Source of the DNA: Paramecium tetraurelia
Lineage: Eukaryota
Length of the DNA stretch: 46,436 bases
Direction: 5' to 3'
Assembly (NCBI GenBank): GCA_000165425.1
Contig: CT868064.1
Location: 124,001-170,436 of the forward strand
Position numbers and translations under genes: made by a program. The notes under the pieces are model-generated. The model did not search any database and was not told the origin of the DNA. It saw nothing but the letters and a program-made list of their open reading frames with translations. Positions 37,801 through 46,436 of the stretch are shown here, piece after piece. Positions within the stretch are counted from its first letter, which is position 1. Every line of letters starts with the position of its first letter.

Positions 37801-39069
37801 TGCCATCATCACATTGCTCATTTCCTGTGATTAATTTATCTCCACAAGAAGGGTCGCAACTTTTATTTAAAGCATTATAATCCCATCTAGTATCACACAT
37901 CAGACATTCTCCTCTAACACAAAATGTACATCCTTCCAAACAAGATTCTTACTTAGCAAAACAACCATCAAACGGTGCTAAATTGTCATCAACACATGAG
38001 ATTAAGTTTATTGGCCCTCGTAGAATTACAGACAATTCACGAATACATACAGTGCCATCTACACTATATATTTCTAATTTAATTTGATTTCTAGTATCGT
38101 CTATTGTCCAAGTTCTATAATCCACTTACTTTTTATCATTAATTAGTCCATACTTCCATTCATCATTTATGTAAACTCTAACAATTATAGGCAAGGCTGA
38201 AATATATTCAATTCTAAATTGTATTATTAAAGAAATATGATCTGGCAGTGTAAGATAAGTTATTGCAGAATCCCATTTATTTAATACAAGCATTTTTAGT
38301 TAAACTATAATTACTCACACTATTACAATCATTTGTCATTTATGTAAAAGACGGAAATTTATTCTTTATCCAACCTTCAAGCCCATTATCAAGGTTTTTC
38401 AGTTGAAAAAAAGACTTCCACAATATCCACATCGTGCAATCATTCGTAGAATCTAAGCAAAATTGACATCCTGACTGACATTCATTTAATGTTATAGAGA
38501 AATCAGTAAGTCCCCAATAGTTCTTAATATTTTAAAATAACACATACAGCGCTTGAACAATCAGAGCGTATTTCAACAATAATAGAATTTAATGTATGCA
38601 AAAGCACATTACTATTTAATGAAGAACTAAAGTCTGAGCCAGTACCTGCACATAAATTCGATCCTATATTATCTGGATAATACCAAGATTTTGTCCATTA
38701 ATCTATCACAATATAAAAGTACTGAGAAGTTGGCCAATCATCAATTCTAAAGATATTTTTTATATTAAACTTCCAAAAATTGAAATCTATGCTCACACCA
38801 TAATGAGGTGGCAGTGAGAAATAATTCATTATTGCTGTTTGTTATGACGAATAACATCCGAAGATCTGGTATCCCCCAAACATTAGGTTTCCTCCACAAC
38901 TGTATGTATGAACAGTGGCCCCATTATAAGGGTTTTTAATTAACCACCCTAAATGAATATGATAATATCTACCTTCGTCACCAGATATTGATGATGTAAC
39001 AAAATGTTAAATATAATATGCTTCAACAATTATTCCTAAAATCTGAAAATGGAAGAACCGAACAAACAT
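34862..39069 (-). CDS. Large surface/membrane protein: signal peptide, LPPHY-type N-terminal domains, Myxococcus-type Cys-rich repeats (CGDG..EQCDDGN..DGC), C-terminal multipass TM region
   Basis: ATG at 39069, FGGYQIFG...FSLPPHYGV, repeated CGD(K/G)..E(Q/E)CDDGN..P(F/N)DGC, then GNFQIFVEILDSLQYQSYLKYANIIYPENL followed by several hydrophobic helices. TGA at 34862-34864. Confidence 0.85.
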
Positions 39070-40199
39070 TAAATAAATAATTATGTAAGAAAACTAAAAT
39101 AAGTCTGATATAATCAATGTTTTATGACAAAACAAACTGAATAGCTTGCTATTCTTAGTGATAATAATTAACCATCAGTGGTGCCTTTGATTATTTGTAT
39201 TTTATACAAAAGGTTTGACTTCAATAGCTGTAACATAATTCTAACACTATTATTTTTCTTGGACTTTTCTCGATAAAATGAGTTTTTATTTATATTTATT
39301 ATTATATATCATTTCATTAGGTAATCAGAAATATATTTTATAATTAAGGAATTTACTTATCAAAAATATTTTTTTCGGAAGTGAGTGGATTTATTTTCTT
39401 ATTCATTAAAACAGTTTATTTGAATATACATTAGATAAATATTCTGATTTTAGTTAGAATTATTCCTTTTTTGAGTTTTCTCTTAAATGAGAATCGTTTT
39501 AAAACCAAATTTGATGTCTTATTTATAAAAAGAAGATTAATAATATAATACAAATAAATAAAGTCAATTCAAGAATTTAAGATACATTTTCATTTGTCTT
39601 TTCTTAAAATAATTTAAGAATATATCTTGTCTTTATTGACATAAGATATTGATTGATTTTAAATATATTTTTAATTCAATAGCCTTGTTCACCTCAAATA
39701 AATTTGTAAAAAATATAATTAAAATAATCCAACTTTATCATTGATGAAAATTTAAGTCTTTTATTAAAATTACCTATTTATGACTTTTGAAGATTTTCAT
39801 GAATTCTAAACTTAACTTCATGATTTAAGGTTGGAGCTATAATTTTATGAGTTATTATAGAATTCATTCCAATTCTTCATGAATTTGGTTTCCAAAGATC
39901 AATAATTTAATTTATATTTATTACATTAGGAATATATCAATTATAACCAATACACCGATGCTTTATAAGGTGTCTAATTTATTGAATTATTTTTCTCTTT
40001 CAATAAATAATGGACTAATGTTGATCCCCAACAGCTCTTAAATAATACTATATTTAAAAAAAACATTATAAGGGGTAATGTATGACACAGGTATTTTCAG
40101 TATATTGAATCTGATTTAAAAATGAACTCTGATTGATTGGTCCAATATATAAAAAACAAATTTTCAACTTAAAAATGATAAGTTCATGTAAATAATAAA

Positions 40200-42301
40200 T
40201 CAGATGAAATGGATGAGTCGGTTTTATACTCCCATTTCTTAAAGGATTATTGGTACTGATGATTACATCGGAGGAGGTCCACAAATCAAAAATCTTTGAT
40301 AATCCATAGTTTTCCCCAGGAATTTATCAAACATTTCTTTACTAAATCTCTCCTCAATAGTTTCTATTCCTTCAATTTTCTCTTTTATTTTAATGATCAA
40401 TCTCAAGTATTATTTATCTAAGTATTTTTATAATTAAATTATTGGGAATAGAATATCAGATCCAATTAATTCTGATTTATTGGCTGCTGCAAAAAATAAA
40501 GTAATGTGTATATTTGTATTGAATTAACAATCATAAGGATTCAAATTATCAGCTGTTTATTTGCCAAACTTGTTTAATGCTATTTGGTGAATAATTGTTT
40601 TTAGAAGAAAATCTAATAAATCTAAAAATGGAAATATTCCTGTTCCTCCACATATAATAACAATATTGCCTCTATTGGGTAGACCATGAGGTGGCCCATA
40701 AGGTCCTTAAATATCATAAATCTCATCCTTATGATTATGAATATATTATGAGAAACCACCCTTTAGATCATAGCATTTAATCATTAATGGCAGNNNNNNN
40801 NNNNNNNNNNNNNNNNNNNNNNNNNNNNNNNNNNNNNNNNNNNNNNNNNNNNNNNNNNNNNNNNNNNNNNNNNNNNNNNNNNNNNNNNNNNNNNNNNNNN
40901 AGCGCATCACTAAGCCCAGAAACCTAGGTTGTTAAGGAACTTTGGCTTACTATTTTGTTGTATATATGTAGTCGATGTATTTAACTAGTTCCTTTCTATA
41001 AACAACATTTTCAGGAGCCATAGAAGCTACACATGTGTATTATCGAATTGGAGTTTTCTTAGATTAAATAGATTAGATTTGAAAATATTTGCCAAATGAA
41101 TGAATAGTTGTAAATTGAGATATTATATTAGGTTTAGGATTAGTGAATCCAAAATAACTTGTTTTATCATTTAATTTGGTTATAGTTTCCAATTTCCATT
41201 AAGTACTATTATTTGAATTGTTTTCATCAATAGGAATTGTAAATGCAATATTATTTAATGATCCAATAATATGATTTTTCAATAGTACAATTGCATTTTA
41301 AGAATGAGGATATTATTTAGCTGTTCCATCCTCTAATCCACAGCCTCCGTAAACAAATCTAGAGACTTCTCGGCCTTTAACTCTTTCCCAAATATATTAA
41401 CCACCTGGGTGTGTAAATCCTGTTAAATCAATGATTTCATCATTAAAAATTAACCAAAATTTATTCTGAAATTCATTGTAAATATGAGATTATTCTAATT
41501 AATAGGATTAAATATCATACCATTCTACTCAATATATTAGATTAACAATGAATCTTATAGTGTTCCGGAGTGTTCTTTTGGCATTGAATTTTTCTAAATC
41601 AATATTAAATATATCTTTCCCTTTTAATATAAGAATTCAAAAATGATTCTCCATAAAAAAATAAAACTATATACGCACCAAAAGGATATTATATCACCCT
41701 TTCCATTTTTATTCTGAAATTGATAAGTCATATAGTAGCCAAATCCTAATTAGATTTTCCCAAGAAGATATATTACATATCCCGAATAGACGTGTAGAAG
41801 GGATTTTATTTTCAGGTGTGTTTATGTGTTCACTGATTGAATACAAAATTTTATTATGACCCCTCCTAACATCTAAAAAATCATCATTCCCAAAAATATA
41901 TATCCAATTATACTATGAAATCCCTATAGGTTTTGGTTCCCATAAAGAGGAGGAGTATTCCCAGAAAATATCATAAATAATTCGGCTATTATTGAAGGCA
42001 AAACTACAAGGCTCATAATGATAGCATGAATATCATATTTATTTTTTAGCAATATACCGTATCTATTTGCAATAATTCCCAGATCAACTAGAATTGCCCA
42101 TCCAATAAAATTAGAATATTAATGAAAGTAAAACAGGACATATTTATCATTACTTTAATCTTCTTATTAGTTGACATCATAAGGATCTTACTAGCTTATC
42201 AATGAATCTTCTAGAAATGAATTTTAAGGATATTGATTGCCCTAGCCTGAACAATAGGACAGTGTAATTACAAATGCAAAAAGCAGCAATTTAGTCAGCA
42301 T
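40200..42301 (-). CDS. Cytochrome b561 - cytochrome b5 - NAD(P)H:cytochrome b5 reductase (FNR-like) fusion protein, interrupted by an assembly gap
   Basis: Signal peptide, four His-bearing TM helices (FHQYSNFIGWAIL, DIHAIIM, FHSIIGY, LHVYSGY), a b5 domain (WLIFNDEIIDLTGFTHPGG...YPHSQNA), FAD motif RQYT and GGFSQYI, NAD motifs GPYG, GGTGIFP and CGPP. TGA at 40200-40202. Confidence 0.9.
40794..40900. other. Assembly gap (N run)
   Basis: 107 consecutive N. Confidence 1.
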
Positions 42302-42919
42302 AGTATATAATTATTTATTAGATAATAATTTCACTTTAATGTTGGTTTAAAAGAAAAATTGATGTCATATTATGTCATCAAATCCACTTAGAAAATTTTA
42401 GAGCCTATAGTCAAATTACGTAATCAAGAATTTTATTATACTAACGATATTTTATATTATTAAATCTATACTAATTTGTATAACCATAATGTGCATACAA
42501 AGGGTAAATTATTAATAGTTTGGCTTCAAATTATGTCATAAGCCATTTAATTTACTTCCCGAACAAATTTAAAGGAATTAAGCCATAATATTATATTTAT
42601 CGAATTGACTTAAACAATATATTTAAAATGTTTTTAAATTTCGAGTTGTAGAAAATTATAACATGCTTCTTTGAAATAAATTTGTTAAATCGTGTTTTCT
42701 CTTATTTATTTAACAGATTTTTTAACCAAATTTGAGCAAATATATGAATAATGGATTAAATTGGTGATCGAAATTAAGTGAGATAGAAAAAACAAAAATA
42801 ATTTAAAGCAACAATTTAAAATAATTTCTTAAAGAGAATTAAAATGATGTTAGAAAATTAAAGTTTAAGTCAAATAACAAAAGGATAATCTGCCGCTGGC
42901 TGCAGTACTAAAGACGCTA

Positions 42920-43069
42920 NNNNNNNNNNNNNNNNNNNNNNNNNNNNNNNNNNNNNNNNNNNNNNNNNNNNNNNNNNNNNNNNNNNNNNNNNNNNNNNNN
43001 NNNNNNNNNNNNNNNNNNNNNNNNNNNNNNNNNNNNNNNNNNNNNNNNNNNNNNNNNNNNNNNNNNNNN
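42920..43069. other. Assembly gap (N run)
   Basis: 150 consecutive N. Confidence 1.
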
Positions 43070-45726
43070 AAAATCTCTACCTCTATATTAGAAAATTTTT
43101 GTATAAGATTAATTCTTTTTTTTTTAGCAACAGAAAAAAAAAAAAATTGTAATTGAGCTCTACAAATTCTATCAATTTAAAACCACAATATAAATGCAAA
43201 AACCATTACTTGCTAATCATGATTATTGTTTTCTAAATATATCATGAATATCAAAATAGTTCTTTTATTACATTCTTTTATAATTTCCAATTATTTTTAA
43301 TTTTAAATTAATAAACCTAGATTAGGAGAAATGAATTCAAATATGATATTCACACTAATGAATTGGCTATCTTATCCACTATCCAAAGTTTCATCTATTT
43401 TTTCAGTATTTAAAATTCAATTAATACAAGTTTTGTTTTAGGTATAATTAATCAGTTTGTCAATGAATCAAGATTCTAAGCATTTGAAGGGTGGACTTTA
43501 TACTCCAATAGACCAGAATTATTGACTTTTCTTAAGTCATATTTTAATCAGTAGAACTAATTTGGATTGATGTATGACTGATTTCTGAGCTTAATTCTTT
43601 CTTTTGAAAGTCCTCGCATCCTAAATCAAGTAAATAGCTGAACTTTGGTGGAATTGTCCTAATAAAATACGTGTTACCTTGTTCCGATCCTGAAGCTTTT
43701 GTTTTTGCTATTTTTAAATCCAGAGGCTATAATTTGGTAAATTTCGTCAGGAATAACTGGTTAATTTTTCCTTCCGTAAGTTCATTCTTAACTATTCAAG
43801 CCTTAGAAACTTGATTGCAGGTTTATTGGCATCGCTTTCAGACATTCTCAAGTTGAATGGTTAATTAAGATAACTAATATTCAAACTACACCAATAAATC
43901 CCCAATAGCAGAAAACATTTTTTAGTCCTAAATCATATTTATTCCTATTTGTCATAATTGAAGCTGAGTATCAAAATAAAACCAGAGTCTTGCTATACTT
44001 GTGTGTCTAAAATATTCATTAAGAGTTATTATACGAAGCTAAATAAGCTTTTATAAGAGCCAGTAAATATGAATACACCTAATTCAAAAGCAAAATTTCT
44101 AAAGCCATTATTTATTTGTTTATTTTTCTAGGATCTAGTTAACATTCTATTACATTAAGAATTAATTAAATTTGAAATAAATAGTCTATTTATTAAATTA
44201 ATTAATATTTGATGTGATGTATTTTAATTAAAAGAATTCGGTGTTTTGAATACAATATTAAAATTAAAATAGCTCATAATTTTTCAATTATAATGCAATC
44301 TAATAATATTAATAAAAAAATTTAAAACTGTTCTGTCACCCTAAATTTAAGCATATCGTTAGAAAAGAATTGCCTCAGCATGTCTTTAGAAATTTAAAGT
44401 AACATTTATTTTTCTTTGAATCTAAATTATATATATTTTTTTTTAATTTAATCCTACAATTTATCTAAAGTCCTAAAATTTTATTTTAGGTCTGAAAAAT
44501 ATATTTCTTAATGTTTTATTTTAGAATTAATATTTATAAGGGAAAATTCTTTTGACTACTTTGTCTTCAGAATGATAAAGTCAATAATCGAAACTTATGC
44601 TGCCATTATTTATGATTACTCATTTAAGAATTGAAATCCTTGACGAAAACTGATTTAATTGTTGTTTTTAATTTATCAATTATTATTATAATTATTCAAA
44701 AGCTATAAATCCATATTATCAATTGATCCTTCTGAATTTAGGTATGGGTTTGATTACTTAATGAATTTGTTTTTGTAATACGATTATTCGTTTAATTCAA
44801 TTATGAATGAGAAGGATGACACTTAAATATTTTCTTATAGATTAATTTTTATGGAATATAATTTCCAAAGATCAGAAAGAAAGAAGATTTGACATTACTT
44901 TTTTAAAGTAGTTCCAAACTTTTAATAAAAGAGAATCTTAACTAAGGATCTTATAAATTTAGTATTGTTATGATAATTATGTATAATTCATATTACATGA
45001 TATTTTCTAATTTTTTTGGAGAATTTTTGAATAGTATTAAGGAAATTTACACATCCATTTTCATTAAATCAAAATAGTAAAATCTGATTTTCAGTATTGA
45101 TTTTAATTTATTATACCAATACGTATGATAGGGAGAAGAAAATTGATAAAATTTGATTATTTCACATATTATTCTATTATGCTCATGATATTTGACTTTA
45201 CTCACTTTATCAGTAGCATCCTAATTCTATTAATTCAAAAATTCCATTTTGAAAATCGCTATTGCTTCAATTTCTCATATTAAAAATTTACAGATGGCTG
45301 AAATAAACATAATCCAATTCATTCAAGGGCATCACTAAATACTTAATAAAAATAGATAAAACCATAGTGAGTACAAAGTTTATTTAGTTTAAACTATTCC
45401 TATTTTGGATTATACATTTAAACTTCTTCATTAAACTAAAATAGTAATATTTCTAAAAGAACAAACTTTTCTACAAACAAATTATATTGATTAAATTTAA
45501 AAATTATGCAAATTTTGAAAAAAGTCATCAATTTTGAGGATAAAGGATGATGCAAAATGTTAAAAACAGAGGCAAGAATTCTTTAATATTAACTGATTAA
45601 ATATTAATAAACTTTCTTATAAGTAAAAGGGATATATAATAAAATCAAAAGTTGTGTTTAGTATGAATATTATGAGATAAAAATATATAAAATGAATAGG
45701 ATTATACTAATTAATTATTAATTTCA

Positions 45727-46436
45727 ATGATAATGATCAAATGTCCCATTCTTAAAAACGAAGCAATAAAGGGATGTTGTTTAAATTAAATTTGTCAGGA
45801 AACACCATAATATTGTTATGAATGCTTGATTTATATGAATGGTAAAGATAGAGATTTTGGAAAAGAATTAAATACATGCAGTGAAGAACTTCTCATTCTA
45901 AGAAAGAGAGATTCGGAAAAGAATGATGATGCATTGAGTAAATGCGGTAATGAGTGCACAAATATTTTAAAATAGGTGTCGCACTAAATAAGTAAAATCA
46001 CTATTAAGAAGCTCTTGATTGTTGCGATAAATCCATTTCTATAAACCCTAATAATGATATTGCATGGTGCAACAAGGGTAATGATCTTTAAAATACTTTT
46101 ATTAAGCCGCGGCATTAAATAATTTAACTCACTATAAAGAAGCTATTGATTGTTGCGATAAATCCATTTCTATAACCCTAATAATGATACTGCATGGTGC
46201 ATCAAGGGTAATGAACTTTAAAATATTATTATTAGGTGCAGCATCAAATAATTTTAACTCACTATAGGGAAGCTATTGATTGTTTGCGTAAATCCATTTC
46301 TATAAACCCTAATAATGATACTGCATGGTGCACAAGGGTAATGAACTTTAAAATATTATTATTAAGGTGCAGCATTAAATATTTTAACTCACTATAAAGA
46401 AGCTATTGAATGTTGCGATAAATCCATTTCTATGAA
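45727..46436 (+). CDS. TPR-repeat protein with N-terminal Cys cluster, 3'-truncated, indels in later repeats
   Basis: MIMIKCPILKNEAIKGCCLNQICQETPQYCYEC, then GVALNKQNHYQEALDCCDKSISINPNNDIAWCNKG, a 34-aa TPR that repeats with an intron between units. Confidence 0.8.
45947..46436 (+). repeat. Tandem ~130-bp repeat (about 102-bp TPR exon plus about 29-bp intron), about 3.7 copies
   Basis: Near-identical units of CACTAT..GAAGCTATTGATTGTTGCGATAAATCCATTTCTATAAACCCTAATAATGATA.TGCATGGTGC..CAAGG-GTAATGA.CTTTAAAATA..T.TTATTAAG. Confidence 0.92.

Noticed and set aside
1927..40284. Many entries of the supplied ORF track taken as independent small genes (e.g. 1927-2136, 2956-3237, 3234-3482, 8929-9264, 15321-15578, 36593-36823)
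   Set aside because: They are antisense or off-frame shadows of larger code-6 genes, or fragments cut at TAA/TAG codons that encode Gln.
42890..42919. GC-rich ends beside the gaps (also 40901-40945) as mobile-element termini
   Set aside because: They are short, abut N runs and are most simply low-quality read ends or vector remnants.
43330..44145. Possible gene on either strand
   Set aside because: Partially open frames exist on both strands, but TGA interrupts them without convincing introns and no motif is recognisable. It may be a relic.
45947..46436. Regularly spaced repeats as a CRISPR array
   Set aside because: The whole ~130-bp unit repeats, it encodes TPR motifs and includes GT..AG introns. 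There are no unique spacers or cas genes and the context is eukaryotic.

Overview
This is an AT-rich, gene-dense eukaryotic window that reads as a ciliate macronuclear scaffold, most likely Paramecium. Long reading frames appear only if TAA/TAG are read as Gln with TGA as the sole stop, and they are broken by 22-30 nt GT..AG introns, so the supplied standard-code ORF track fragments or misses nearly every gene. Hand translation gives about 21 protein genes: a bZIP factor, a TGS1-like methyltransferase, a small RVxF/SILK protein, a V-type H+-PPase-like membrane protein, a dual-specificity phosphatase, a small protein with three RGFSF motifs, a tandem cNMP-binding protein, two Cys-rich GPI-type surface proteins built from three copies of one ~650-700 aa module, a CAMK-group kinase with an N-terminal KHA/DCX-like domain, an SQOR-like mitochondrial protein, an EF-hand protein, two tandem otubain-like deubiquitinases, an EF-hand/WD40 protein, a large IQ-like protein, a Cys-repeat multipass surface protein, a cytochrome b561-cytochrome b5-b5 reductase fusion and a TPR-repeat gene running off the end. 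The main points of interest are (1) the triple redox fusion, which could be a one-polypeptide transmembrane electron chain, (2) three intact genes whose catalytic motifs are erased (V-PPase-like, TGS1-like, SQOR-like) and (3) two microproteins that look like short-linear-motif regulators. There are two assembly gaps. No RNA genes, CRISPR arrays, telomeric repeats or transposons were recognised. All family assignments come from motif recognition by eye, with no database search.
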